Below are positions 1-8,874 of a stretch of 64,000 nucleotides of DNA, in pieces; position 1 is the stretch's first letter; each line of letters begins with the position of its first letter. This stretch comes from an uncultured archaeon (GTDB lineage: Archaea > Iainarchaeota > Iainarchaeia > Iainarchaeales > GCA-2688035). The stretch covers positions 4,996-68,995 of the forward strand of contig CAZXIC010000005.1 of assembly GCA_964640195.1 (NCBI GenBank), given 5' to 3'. The position numbers and the translations under genes are program-made. The notes beneath the pieces were generated by a model. That model made no database searches, was not told where the DNA came from, and saw only the letters and a program-made list of their open reading frames with translations.

Positions 1-10
1 GGTGGTTTGA

Positions 11-2860
11 TTGGCTGAAGCACGGCAGCCTGAAAGGAAAGAGTCCGAGGAAGGGCAGGGCACTGACCTGTTTGAAGAGGTTTTTGGAGAGGAGAGCGGT
101 GCAGAAAGCAGCAGCGCGGAAGAGGGTGCTGCGGAAGGGCAGGGCAAGCCCGAAGAGGGTATAGAGGAGAAAACCGCGAAAAAGCCTGGAAAGCAGGGGA
201 AAAGCAAAATAAAAGTCATTTCCGGCGAAGAAGATGGTGAAAAGAAGCGTGCCATGCGTGACAAGATAAAGCGGGTTGTTATTGCAAAGGCACAAAAGTC
301 TGCGCAGGCAGGGGATGTGCTGCCCGCAGACAAGGAAGCAGGTATAAAGGAGAAGGGGACTAAGGAGGAAGGTGCAGTGGAGCAGCAAAAGGCAGAGCAA
401 GGGCAGCAGCAAGCTGAAGTGGAGCAGCAAAAGAAACCTGCTTTAAAGCCGGTGCTGCGGTTCCTTGAAGACGGCGATGGCAGGGTTTTCATTGGGAGAA
501 AGCAGAGTGTTTTCCAGCGCTATGGCAGGGAAGGGGCGCTTTTTATCGGGGAGGTTGCAGAAGAGGGCAGCAAGGGCAAGCGCGTTTTCCTTGACAGTCT
601 AAACCCGCATGTTGTTTTTGTGTGCGGCGCGAGGGGCAGCGGAAAAAGCTATGTCCTGGGAATCATTGCGGAAGAGCTCGCGCTGCGGAACAGGAATGTC
701 GGTGTGATTGTAATCGACCCTGTCGGCGTTTTCTGGAGCATGCGCTATCCAAACAAGGAGGAAAGGGAGCTGCAGCTGCTTGCAAAGTGGAACATGCTGC
801 CGCAGGGCTTGGACAACATAAAGGTTTTTATCCCGGCAGGCATGCGGGAAAAGGTGCCGAAGAGCACTTACGATGCAACTTTTAGCATGCCCCCAGGCCT
901 GCTTGCAACAGACGACTGGTGCCTTACATTTGGCATCGACAGGTTTAGCCCAAGCGGTCTGCTGCTGGAGAAAGCGCTTGGCAAGGTGAGGGCTGGCTAC
1001 AAAAGCAGGGATGGAAAGAGCGTCAAGGGAAAGAAGGACTTGTTCTCCCTGGATGAGCTGGTTGAATGCCTCAGAAGCGATGCTGAATTGAACAATGTTG
1101 AGAAAGGCTACAAGCCGGATTCAATCAGGGCTTTGGTAAGCAGGTTTGACGCCGCAAAAAGCTGGGGGGTTTTTGACGAGCAGGGCACGCCCCTCGCAGA
1201 GTTGAGCAGGGAGAACCAGCTTACAGTGATTGACACCTCGCTTCTGGAGGACAACGTTTCCGCTCTGGTTATTGGGATTCTTGCAAGAAGGATTCTCGCT
1301 GCGAGGAAAATCAGCACAAGGCAGGAGTCAGCGCAGCGCTACAAGGAGGAAAGGGACATTGACAAGCTGCTTGAGTACGGCATCCCCCCAACCTGGCTGT
1401 TCATTGACGAGGCGCACACCCTCATCCCAAGCGGCAATGTCATGACCCCGGCGAGCAGCGCGTTGATTGAATACGTGAAGCAGGGAAGGCAGCCCGGCTG
1501 CTCCCTCGTGTTTGCAACACAGCAGCCGAGCGCAATACACACAAAGGTCTTGAGCCAGCTCGACATGATGATTGCCCACAAGCTGGTGTTTGACGACGAC
1601 ATAAAGGCTGTTTACAAGAGAACCCCAAGCGTTATGCCGAAGAACTACAAGAAGAGCTCATTTATCAAAACCCTGCCTGTCGGTGTGGCGCTCACAGGGG
1701 ACAGGAGGGAGGAAACAAGCAGGGTTTTCATCCTGAAGGTTAGGCCAAGGATGTCGCAGCATGAGGGCAGGGAAGCAGAGACTGTTGAAAGGGGAAAAAG
1801 GCTTGGCAACGAAAAGGTGCTGCTGCTTGCAATTGAAATGAGCTACAACAAGCTGCAGAGCAGCGGAAAGCTGCAGTCATCAGTAATCGACCAGGGCGTC
1901 AGGACCCTGAATGCCAAGTACAGGTCAAGCATAAAGCTCAGCGATGTTCTGCAGGAATTGGAGAAGAAAGGGGCAGTGATTGACTCAAACAGCGGCGCAG
2001 TGAGCCTGCCTGGCTTTGCAGAGGAAGAGCCTAAAGCTGCCGAGCCTTCAGCCCAGCCAGAGGAAGAGGTCGCAAAGGAAGCCATGTCCGTGCTGCCGGG
2101 TGAAGAGATTGAACTGCTTGCGTTTCCGGCAAAGGTTGGCTTGGAACAGGCAAGAGTCCTGTTCAATTCAGTGAGAAAGAAGCGCTTTCTGGGTTTGCTT
2201 GGCGAGGAAGAAGCGATTGAAAACATCCAACTGCGTTATCTGCCAGTATACAAGCTCAGCCTCCACGCTTTCAACAGCAAGAAAACATTCCACAAGGCAG
2301 AGGCTTTCGTCAACAGCGTTTCAGGCGAATTCCTGCACTTTTTGCCTGGCAGAAGGGAATTTGTTGAAAGCAGGGGGCTGCAGAAAATTGCTGCCTTGAG
2401 CGAAAGGGAATCAAGGATTCTGTTGCTGCTTGACAGGAAGAAAGAGTTTGCCGCGATTGTACAGCAGAGCGGCGAGCCTGAGGCATCAGTGGGGAGGTGC
2501 CTGAAAGGCTTGGTGGACAAGGGCTTTGCCGGCGAGGAGAGCATTGCAGGCAGCAGCTTCTACTTCCTGGCACAGGACATTGATTTGCCGGCAAATGCAT
2601 TGCACCCCTTGCTTTCCTCGCTGGACAGGCTGCCTGTGGAGAACGCAAGCGCAATCAGCCTGGTGAGGGAAGGGATTGACAGGAAGAGCCTGCCCAAATT
2701 GCTGCAGAAGCTTTGGCGGAACGTCATTATCAAGAAGGTTGACGTTGTTTATTTGCCGGTTTACGAGGCGTTTTTGCGTAAGAAGGACGGCAGTGCAAGG
2801 CGCTTGTTGATAGAGGCAGTCAACGGCAGGAAAATAGAGTTAGGCAACCAAGCCGATTAA
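11..2860 (+). CDS. HerA/FtsK-superfamily (DUF87-type) ATPase with disordered N-terminus and long C-terminal extension
   Basis: 949-aa ORF with a TTG start at 11; the true start may lie upstream of the window or internally. Walker A 'FVCGARGSGKSYVLG', Walker B 'WLFIDEAHTLIP' and 'LVFATQQPS' are as in HerA/DUF87. The first ~150 aa are E/K/Q/G low complexity. The C-terminal ~330 aa contain a wHTH-like stretch ('ESRILLLLDRKKEFAAIVQQSGEPEASVGRCLKGLVDKGF'). Confidence 0.75.
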   Translation: MAEARQPERKESEEGQGTDLFEEVFGEESGAESSSAEEGAAEGQGKPEEGIEEKTAKKPGKQGKSKIKVISGEEDGEKKRAMRDKIKRVVIAKAQKSAQAGDVLPADKEAGIKEKGTKEEGAVEQQKAEQGQQQAEVEQQKKPALKPVLRFLEDGDGRVFIGRKQSVFQRYGREGALFIGEVAEEGSKGKRVFLDSLNPHVVFVCGARGSGKSYVLGIIAEELALRNRNVGVIVIDPVGVFWSMRYPNKEERELQLLAKWNMLPQGLDNIKVFIPAGMREKVPKSTYDATFSMPPGLLATDDWCLTFGIDRFSPSGLLLEKALGKVRAGYKSRDGKSVKGKKDLFSLDELVECLRSDAELNNVEKGYKPDSIRALVSRFDAAKSWGVFDEQGTPLAELSRENQLTVIDTSLLEDNVSALVIGILARRILAARKISTRQESAQRYKEERDIDKLLEYGIPPTWLFIDEAHTLIPSGNVMTPASSALIEYVKQGRQPGCSLVFATQQPSAIHTKVLSQLDMMIAHKLVFDDDIKAVYKRTPSVMPKNYKKSSFIKTLPVGVALTGDRREETSRVFILKVRPRMSQHEGREAETVERGKRLGNEKVLLLAIEMSYNKLQSSGKLQSSVIDQGVRTLNAKYRSSIKLSDVLQELEKKGAVIDSNSGAVSLPGFAEEEPKAAEPSAQPEEEVAKEAMSVLPGEEIELLAFPAKVGLEQARVLFNSVRKKRFLGLLGEEEAIENIQLRYLPVYKLSLHAFNSKKTFHKAEAFVNSVSGEFLHFLPGRREFVESRGLQKIAALSERESRILLLLDRKKEFAAIVQQSGEPEASVGRCLKGLVDKGFAGEESIAGSSFYFLAQDIDLPANALHPLLSSLDRLPVENASAISLVREGIDRKSLPKLLQKLWRNVIIKKVDVVYLPVYEAFLRKKDGSARRLLIEAVNGRKIELGNQAD

Positions 2861-4549
2861 AACCCTGGCAAGCTTGCTGCTGTCATGCCTCAGCAGCTGC
2901 TGCTTTGTCGCTTTTTCGTCAAACTCAAGCCTTTTCTCAATCAGGTCTGCCCCAACCAGCTTTGCTTTTGTTTTCTGCAAATTTTGCAGATCGTTTTCAA
3001 CAAAAAAAGACTGGTATGCGGCATATTTCCTCAACAACCGCGGCTCTGGCTTTTTGCTGTTGTAGACAACAAAGTCCAACGCGTTTTTTCCAAGGCACTG
3101 TTCAATTGCATTTACGTGGTCTGAGAGCGCATAGCCGAACGTCTGGTTGACTTGGCTCATCGTGTTTGCAACGTAGACCTTCCTTGCTTTGCTTTTCCTG
3201 AGCGCTTCCTGCATTCCCCTGACAAGAAGGTTTGTTACAATGCTGGTGTAGAGGCTGCCTGGGCCAATTACTATAAGGTCTGCCTCACTGATTGCCCTCT
3301 TGGCTTCTGGCAAAATTGCGGCATTGCCCGGCTTCAGGAAAACCCTCTGAATCCTTGGGCGCTTTGCCAACCTGCTCGGCGCAACACTCCTTTGGACTAT
3401 GTTGTCCTCGCCTTGCAACAGCTTTCCGTCCGCCAGCTCGGCGCAGATGTTCACGTCCTGCAGAGTGGAGGGCAGGACCCTGCCCTTGATTGCGAGTATG
3501 TCGGCTGTCTTCTTCACTGCCCTCTCAAAAGAGCCCGTGACCTGCGTTAATGCGGCAATGAAGAGGTTTCCGAAAGAGATGTCCTTCAAATTTTGGCTGT
3601 TGAACCTGTAGCTGAAAAGCTCTTTCAAAAGCTTTTCAGAACCGCTTAACGCAATCAGGCAATTCCTTATGTCCCCAGGCGGCAGGATGTTAAGCTCCCT
3701 CCGCAGCCTGCCCGAGCTCCTGCCGGTGTCTGTAACAGTGACTATCGCAGTAATGTTCCTGGTGTACTGTTTCAGCCCATCCAAAACAGTTGGCAGGCCT
3801 GTGCCGCCGCCAATCGCAACGACATTTACCCCATTGACTTTGCCTCTTGCATCCTTTATTTTTTCAAGAAGAGCAGGAAGTTCTCCAACGCTTTTTATTG
3901 CATAATCCGGCTCCTCCAGGTCGTTCCTCGGCTTAACTTTGCTGAACCTGCCTTTCAGCACCCTCACGCTATTCATGCCCAGTCTGTTTGCAATCTTTAT
4001 TTCGCTGTAAATCCTGTCGCCGACAACCGCGACATCCCTGGAGCGCAAACAAAGCCTCTGCAGCGCTGCCCTGAACTTGTCCTGCTTTGAAACCTCCTTT
4101 TCAATGTCATGAATCAAAACCAAATCAAAGTGCTTTTGCAGCCCGAGCAGTTCTATTTTCCTCATCTGCCTCGCAAATATGCCGCTGGTAATCAATGCTG
4201 TTTTAATGCCCTTGCTTTTCAGCTTTTGCAGCGTTGGAACTACATCAGGAAACAGGTGGATTTCCTCAACCCTGTCGCTGTTGTATGCGTTGAAGCCTGC
4301 CTCAACTACCCTGCTCTTTGCCTCGCCCTTTACTTTAAGAGAATCGCACATTCTGTCAAAGATGTTCTCCATTGGACCCAAGCGCTTGAACAGTTCAACC
4401 TGCATTTTGTAGGCTTTTTCCGCATCAGCAGGCAGCCCTGCTGCAACCATTGCCTTTGCTGCTCTTTTCCTCGCGTTTTCAACAAGCAAGCCGCTGCAGT
4501 CAAACAGGGTGTCATCCAAGTCAAAGAAAACTGCCTTTATCTGCGGCAT
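2840..4549 (-). CDS. Fusion protein: N-terminal HAD-superfamily hydrolase/mutase + C-terminal YvcK(GlmR)/CofD-family (UPF0052) domain
   Basis: HAD motif I 'AVFFDLDDTLFD', motif II 'ALITSG', motif IV 'VVGDRIYSEI'. The C-terminal half carries the YvcK/CofD signature 'VVAIGGGTGLPTVLDGLK..ITAIVTVTDTGRSSGRLRRELNILPPGDIRNCLIALS'. Its 3' end overlaps the convergent HerA gene by 21 nt. Confidence 0.8.
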   Translation of the reverse strand: MPQIKAVFFDLDDTLFDCSGLLVENARKRAAKAMVAAGLPADAEKAYKMQVELFKRLGPMENIFDRMCDSLKVKGEAKSRVVEAGFNAYNSDRVEEIHLFPDVVPTLQKLKSKGIKTALITSGIFARQMRKIELLGLQKHFDLVLIHDIEKEVSKQDKFRAALQRLCLRSRDVAVVGDRIYSEIKIANRLGMNSVRVLKGRFSKVKPRNDLEEPDYAIKSVGELPALLEKIKDARGKVNGVNVVAIGGGTGLPTVLDGLKQYTRNITAIVTVTDTGRSSGRLRRELNILPPGDIRNCLIALSGSEKLLKELFSYRFNSQNLKDISFGNLFIAALTQVTGSFERAVKKTADILAIKGRVLPSTLQDVNICAELADGKLLQGEDNIVQRSVAPSRLAKRPRIQRVFLKPGNAAILPEAKRAISEADLIVIGPGSLYTSIVTNLLVRGMQEALRKSKARKVYVANTMSQVNQTFGYALSDHVNAIEQCLGKNALDFVVYNSKKPEPRLLRKYAAYQSFFVENDLQNLQKTKAKLVGADLIEKRLEFDEKATKQQLLRHDSSKLARVLIGLVA

Positions 4550-4552
4550 TAC

Positions 4553-5032
4553 TCATCGCTTCCTTTTGAAGAACATCGAGTAAACCACTTCGTCTTCCCC
4601 ATCGTAATAGTGATTCGGCAGCCTTGCCTCTTGCCTAAAACCCAGCTTTTCATAAAAGCAGTGTGCCCTTTTGTTTGAGAAATGGGTCAGCACAAACAGT
4701 TTGCGCAGGTTCTCGCCGTGCCTTGCGTAAAAACCCTTACAGTCCTCAACCATGAACTGGAAGAGCGGCTTTGCAATCCCCTTGCCTCTAAAATCCGGCA
4801 TAACCGCAATCCTGTGCAGTTCCGCAAGCTGGTGTCTGGGCACGTCATGCATCTGCCAGCTTGCAAGCCCGATGACCGCGTCCTTTTCCTCGGCAATTAC
4901 GAAATTCTTCTCCTGCCTGAGCTCCCTCTTGAATGCCTCAACGGCCTCTGCCCTTGACTGAATGTTGTAGCTTTGCAGCAGCACGTCTGCCACTTTCCCA
5001 GCGTCCTCCTCACCAGCCTTCCTAAGCCTCAC
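4553..5032 (-). CDS. GNAT-family N-acetyltransferase
   Basis: 159 aa with the acetyl-CoA binding motif 'IAVMPDFRGKGIAKPLF'. Lies 3 nt upstream of the HAD::YvcK gene and 10 nt downstream of glmS. Confidence 0.8.
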   Translation of the reverse strand: MRLRKAGEEDAGKVADVLLQSYNIQSRAEAVEAFKRELRQEKNFVIAEEKDAVIGLASWQMHDVPRHQLAELHRIAVMPDFRGKGIAKPLFQFMVEDCKGFYARHGENLRKLFVLTHFSNKRAHCFYEKLGFRQEARLPNHYYDGEDEVVYSMFFKRKR

Positions 5033-5042
5033 TCAGCACACC

Positions 5043-6869
5043 TCACTCAACCGTAACGCTTTTTGCAAGGTTCCTCGGCTTGTCGATGTCACAGCCCCTC
5101 AACTCTGCAACACGGTAGGCAAACAGCTGCAGGGGCACAACGTTCAGTATCGGCTGCAGCAGCTCGCTTGTCCTGGGAACGAAGATTATTTCATCCGCCT
5201 TGCTTTTAAGTTTGCTGTCGCCGTTGTTTGCGACAGCGATGACCTTGCCTCCCCTGGCTTTTACCTCCTCAATGTTGCCCAAAATCTTGTCATAGCTCTT
5301 GTCATTCACTGCAATGAAAACCACCGGCATTTCCTCGTCGATAAGCGCAATCGGGCCGTGCTTCATCTCCGCAGCTGGCATCGCCTCTGCGTGAACGTAG
5401 CTTATTTCCTTCAGCTTCAGCGCGCCCTCCAGCGCAATTGGATAGTTAACGCCCCTGCCGAGGAAGAGCGCATTTTTCTTCTCAAAGTAGCGTTTTGCTA
5501 TTGCCTCAACTTCTTTGCCCTGCTGCAGCGCTGATTCAACAAGAGCAGGAAGCCTCTTGAATTCCTTTGTCAATTCGGCCAGCTGCTTATCACTGATACT
5601 GCCAAGCCTGCCTGCGAAGCATGCTGCAAATTCAGCAAGCGAAACAAGCATGCAGGTAAAAGCCTTGGTTGACGCAACCCCTATTTCAGGCCCTGCGTTA
5701 ATGTACAGGACGTAATTTGATTCCCTGGCAATGCTGCTGCCCTCTGCATTCAATACTGAGACAACTGTTGCACCTGCTGCCTTTGCCTCTTTCACTGCGG
5801 CAAGCGTGTCAGCTGTTTCGCCACTCTGGCTCACAGCTATTGCAAGAGTCTTTTCCCCGATTACCGGCTGCCTGTACCTAAACTCTGAAGCATATTCAGC
5901 CCTTGCAGGAAGCCTGCACAGCTGCTCAAAAAGGTATTCGGCGACAAGGCAGGCATGGTATGCTGTCCCGCAGCCAAGTAACACTACTTTATCAAACTCT
6001 GCCGCCTTGTCAAGCACTGCCCTGAGTTCAGGCAAATCAATGGATTCTGCCATGAGCCTTTTACCCATTGCAGCAGCAACCTTCTCAGGCTGCTCTGCTA
6101 TTTCCTTCAGCATGAAGTGCTTGAAGCCCTTCTTTTCAGCCTGCTGCGCGCTCCAGGCAATTGAAACAGGCTTTTTCTCAATTCTCTTCCCAAGGAAAAA
6201 ATTGCTGAACACAGGCTTGCCATTTCCCAGGAAAACAGCCTCGTTGTCGTCAAGGAAAACAGCTTTCTTTGTGTGCTGCAGGAAAGCGGTTACATCACTA
6301 GCAAGGAAAAAGCCGTTGCCTTTCCCAAGGCCGACCACAAGCGGGCTGTTTTTCCTTGCGCCTGCAACAGCGCCTGAGTCGGCATCAAGTATTGCGACAG
6401 CAAAGCTGCCCTGCAGCCTGCGCATTGCAGTGCTTGCTGCAGCCTGGAAATCCTTGCACTGCTTTTTCTCTTCCTCTACCAAGTGTGCAATAACCTCACT
6501 GTCTGTCTCACTCCTGAAAACGTGCCCTCTTTCCAGAAGTTGCTGCTTAAGTTCAGCGTAATTCTCAATTATGCCGTTGTGCACTACCGCAATGCTAGCA
6601 GTGCAGTCAAGGTGCGGGTGCGCGTTAGCCTTGGTCACTTTTCCGTGGGTTGCCCACCTGGTGTGGCCGATTGCAGCTTTAGAGGCTTCCCTTCCGGCAA
6701 GCGCCTTTGCGCTGCTAATCCTTCCAACCCTTTTTTCCACTGCAACCTTTTTTCCGTGCACTGCTGCTATGCCCCAGCTGTCATAGCCCCTGTATTCCAG
6801 CTGTTTCAGCCCCTGTATTACAGCAGAGCACGCGTCCATTCCGCCGAAGCAGGCTGCTATTCCGCACAC
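5043..6869 (-). CDS. glmS: Glutamine--fructose-6-phosphate aminotransferase (isomerising)
   Basis: Start set at GTG 6869 so that the protein begins M-CGIAA (the obligatory N-terminal Cys nucleophile). 'LEYRGYDSWGIA', two SIS domains and the C-terminal 'DKPRNLAKSVTVE' are typical GlmS. The longer ORF reaching 7115 was rejected. Confidence 0.95.
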   Translation of the reverse strand: MCGIAACFGGMDACSAVIQGLKQLEYRGYDSWGIAAVHGKKVAVEKRVGRISSAKALAGREASKAAIGHTRWATHGKVTKANAHPHLDCTASIAVVHNGIIENYAELKQQLLERGHVFRSETDSEVIAHLVEEEKKQCKDFQAAASTAMRRLQGSFAVAILDADSGAVAGARKNSPLVVGLGKGNGFFLASDVTAFLQHTKKAVFLDDNEAVFLGNGKPVFSNFFLGKRIEKKPVSIAWSAQQAEKKGFKHFMLKEIAEQPEKVAAAMGKRLMAESIDLPELRAVLDKAAEFDKVVLLGCGTAYHACLVAEYLFEQLCRLPARAEYASEFRYRQPVIGEKTLAIAVSQSGETADTLAAVKEAKAAGATVVSVLNAEGSSIARESNYVLYINAGPEIGVASTKAFTCMLVSLAEFAACFAGRLGSISDKQLAELTKEFKRLPALVESALQQGKEVEAIAKRYFEKKNALFLGRGVNYPIALEGALKLKEISYVHAEAMPAAEMKHGPIALIDEEMPVVFIAVNDKSYDKILGNIEEVKARGGKVIAVANNGDSKLKSKADEIIFVPRTSELLQPILNVVPLQLFAYRVAELRGCDIDKPRNLAKSVTVE

Positions 6870-6966
6870 TTTGTTTTCCACCCGAAAAATCGCAATGTAT
6901 TGAATAAATTGGGGCTTGTTTTGTTTAAAAAGCCCTTTGATACAAAGCTCAAAGGATTGCAGTAGG

Positions 6967-7509
6967 CTATTTTGCAAAGCGCCTGCCTGGTTTTTTCCTT
7001 TCAGTGGAGGGGGCTTTTTTGATTGATGAGTAAAGGAAAGGCGGGAAAGCCCGCTTTGGTCTGCCGTACACGAGCGGAAGGAAGGTCCTGTTTCTAACAA
7101 CCCTTTTTCTCCCAAAGGCCTCCTGGATTTTCCTGTGTGCGGAAAGGTTTATGCCTTTGTAGCATAGGCTCGCATCGCCCCCAAAGGATATGACTTCAAT
7201 CCTTTCCCGGCTTCCAAGCTTTTTTTTCAGGCGCTCTAGCACCCTTGAAAGAGAACTCTCGTAAGGCGGGAAGGTTTCAGTTGCGACACTTTCCCCTTTT
7301 TTACTCCTTCTTGGCAGGATTGCGACGGAATTTTTCTTTAAAGAGACGGGTGCTTCTCTGATGTTCAGCCGGGTCATTTTTGAGAAATTGCGCGAAGAGT
7401 GAAAATAGAGCAGAAACGTGTTCTTGTCTTTCTTAATCTGCCTCTCCCAAAACGTGTAAAAAGTTTGGGTATTCAGCCCTGCCGGATGGATTGCCAGGAG
7501 TATCTTCAT
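6967..7509 (-). CDS. Hypothetical protein (basic, 180 aa)
   Basis: The ORF was trimmed to ATG 7509 because the upstream part of the ORF is occupied by tRNA-Gly. No family recognised. Confidence 0.45.
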   Translation of the reverse strand: MKILLAIHPAGLNTQTFYTFWERQIKKDKNTFLLYFHSSRNFSKMTRLNIREAPVSLKKNSVAILPRRSKKGESVATETFPPYESSLSRVLERLKKKLGSRERIEVISFGGDASLCYKGINLSAHRKIQEAFGRKRVVRNRTFLPLVYGRPKRAFPPFLYSSIKKAPSTERKKPGRRFAK

Positions 7510-7510
7510 A

Positions 7511-7582
7511 TGCGTTCGTCGGGACTCGAACCCGAATTGCAAGCTTGGGAAGCTTGAAGCCTAACCATTGGCTGACGAACGC
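7511..7582 (-). tRNA. tRNA-Gly (anticodon CCC), no encoded CCA
   Basis: Minus-strand sequence GCGUUCGUCAGCCAAUGGUUAGGCUUCAAGCUUCCCAAGCUUGCAAUUCGGGUUCGAGUCCCGACGAACGCA. It folds by hand into a cloverleaf: 7-bp acceptor GCGUUCG/CGAACGC, D stem AGCC/GGCU, anticodon stem CAAGC/GCUUG with loop UUCCCAA, T arm UCGGG-UUCGAGU-CCCGA. Confidence 0.9.
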
Positions 7583-8410
7583 TTACTTTTTCCTTCCAAG
7601 AATTTCGTTAAGCTGCTTGAAGGGCGCGATGATAAAAATATGCGGGTAATCTATTTTAATTTTTACAGTGCCGAGGTAGAGGTTTATCTGGTTTCTTTCC
7701 AGCTTTGAGTTCCGCTCAATGAAGTTGAGGAGGGGCAGCAGCTGCCCCTGTCCAAGGAACAAATTGTTCTGCTGGCTTTTAACGGCAAATGCCTTGCTTG
7801 CCTTTTTGAAAAAGTCTTCGTTCAGGCACTCAGCTACAAAATCGCGTGCCTTTGCCTTGTCCGCAATTGTCTGGATCGTTTTCTTTGAGGCAGGGCCCCA
7901 CCCTGTTTTCTTGTAATCCGGGAAATCCAGTTCCTGCAGTGAACTTGTCTGCTGGGCAAAGATTTTTTGCAGGTAGCGCAGGCTGTGGATGCGCCTTTCA
8001 ACCTCCTGCCCCAATTCAGTTAAGTCAGCGATGTAAAAGCCGATGCTGCCCTTTGCCGCTTTCAGCAAATCAGCATCCTGCTTGCTTCTCTCAATAAGCG
8101 TGTGCAGCATTTCAACGATTGAATAAATCTTTGCAGCGCTGTCTTTTTCCTTCACTGTTTCGTTCAGCCTTAGCAGCAGCTTGTTCCTCATTTCTGTGTT
8201 GAGCATTGCTGTGCCCTTGCCTGTTGCGAACAGCCTGTTGTCTTTCCTTGCAACCATCCCGAGCGCGTTGAGGTAGCGGATGCTCCTGCTCAACGAAGCC
8301 CTTGCGCTTTCAATGCTGCCGTAGTTTCCGGCAATCTTGTTAAGCAAAGCATTGTACTCTATGCCGGGCTGCTGCTTTATTATTAACAAAATGCTGTTCC
8401 TGGCTGTCAT
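7583..8410 (-). CDS. Hypothetical protein with N-terminal winged-helix-like domain
   Basis: 275 aa. The N-terminus 'ILLIIKQQPGIEYNALLNKIAG..SRSIRYLNALGMVARKDNRLFATGKG' resembles a wHTH. Its stop codon abuts the tRNA 5' end. Confidence 0.55.
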   Translation of the reverse strand: MTARNSILLIIKQQPGIEYNALLNKIAGNYGSIESARASLSRSIRYLNALGMVARKDNRLFATGKGTAMLNTEMRNKLLLRLNETVKEKDSAAKIYSIVEMLHTLIERSKQDADLLKAAKGSIGFYIADLTELGQEVERRIHSLRYLQKIFAQQTSSLQELDFPDYKKTGWGPASKKTIQTIADKAKARDFVAECLNEDFFKKASKAFAVKSQQNNLFLGQGQLLPLLNFIERNSKLERNQINLYLGTVKIKIDYPHIFIIAPFKQLNEILGRKK

Positions 8411-8453
8411 TGTTAATAAGTGATTTGGGCGGAATTATTTAAAAATCAGGCGA

Positions 8454-8735
8454 TTAGGCTGCCTTTGCAGCCAGTTCAACCTTTTTCATCCTTTTGGGGA
8501 TGACGAAGTAGTGCTTTGCGTGGCAAACACTGCATTCCGCGATGAAGCAGGGCTTCTTGTTCTGCTTTTTCACCTTTGCCGGAAACTGGTATTTCCCCTT
8601 GTAGCCCTTTGTTTTCCTTTCATGGCTCCTTGTTCCGGCAGCAAGGGCCCTTGCCCTGCCTGGCTTGAACTGCTTCAGTCTGTGCTCCGTGTGCTTGTTG
8701 CACTTTTTGCAGTAATCCTTTATACTCTTCGGCAT
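8454..8735 (-). CDS. rpl44e: Ribosomal protein eL42 (L44e)
   Basis: 'MPKSIKDYCKKCNKHTEHRL...ECSVCHAKH' shows the C-x2-C...C-x2-C zinc ribbon and basic composition typical of L44e. Start trimmed to ATG 8735. Confidence 0.85.
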   Translation of the reverse strand: MPKSIKDYCKKCNKHTEHRLKQFKPGRARALAAGTRSHERKTKGYKGKYQFPAKVKKQNKKPCFIAECSVCHAKHYFVIPKRMKKVELAAKAA

Positions 8736-8874
8736 ATTCACGGCAAAACACCAAAAAACAGGTTTAATGCTCAACTTAGGTGTGTTGGGGAATGTTTAAA
8801 TTGGTTACTGCAGGCGCATCAGAAAACATTAAAAACAGGAAAGCAGTTAATATAGCATCAGGGGTAGGAAAAAA

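Noticed and set aside
6870-6966. glmS ribozyme or riboswitch in the glmS leader.
   Set aside because: Only ~97 nt of intergenic DNA is available. It contains a short hairpin and a TATA-like box (CTTTTTAAAC), with no room for and no resemblance to the glmS ribozyme core. That element is also a bacterial feature.
6870-7115. N-terminal 82-codon extension of the GlmS ORF (690 aa in the ORF track).
   Set aside because: GlmS requires Cys as the first mature residue, and GTG 6869 gives M-CGIAA. The extension has no GlmS homology and overlaps the 3' end of ORF 6967-7509.
7510-7542. The first 11 codons of ORF 6967-7542.
   Set aside because: This stretch is occupied by tRNA-Gly on the same strand. 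The ORF was trimmed to ATG 7509.
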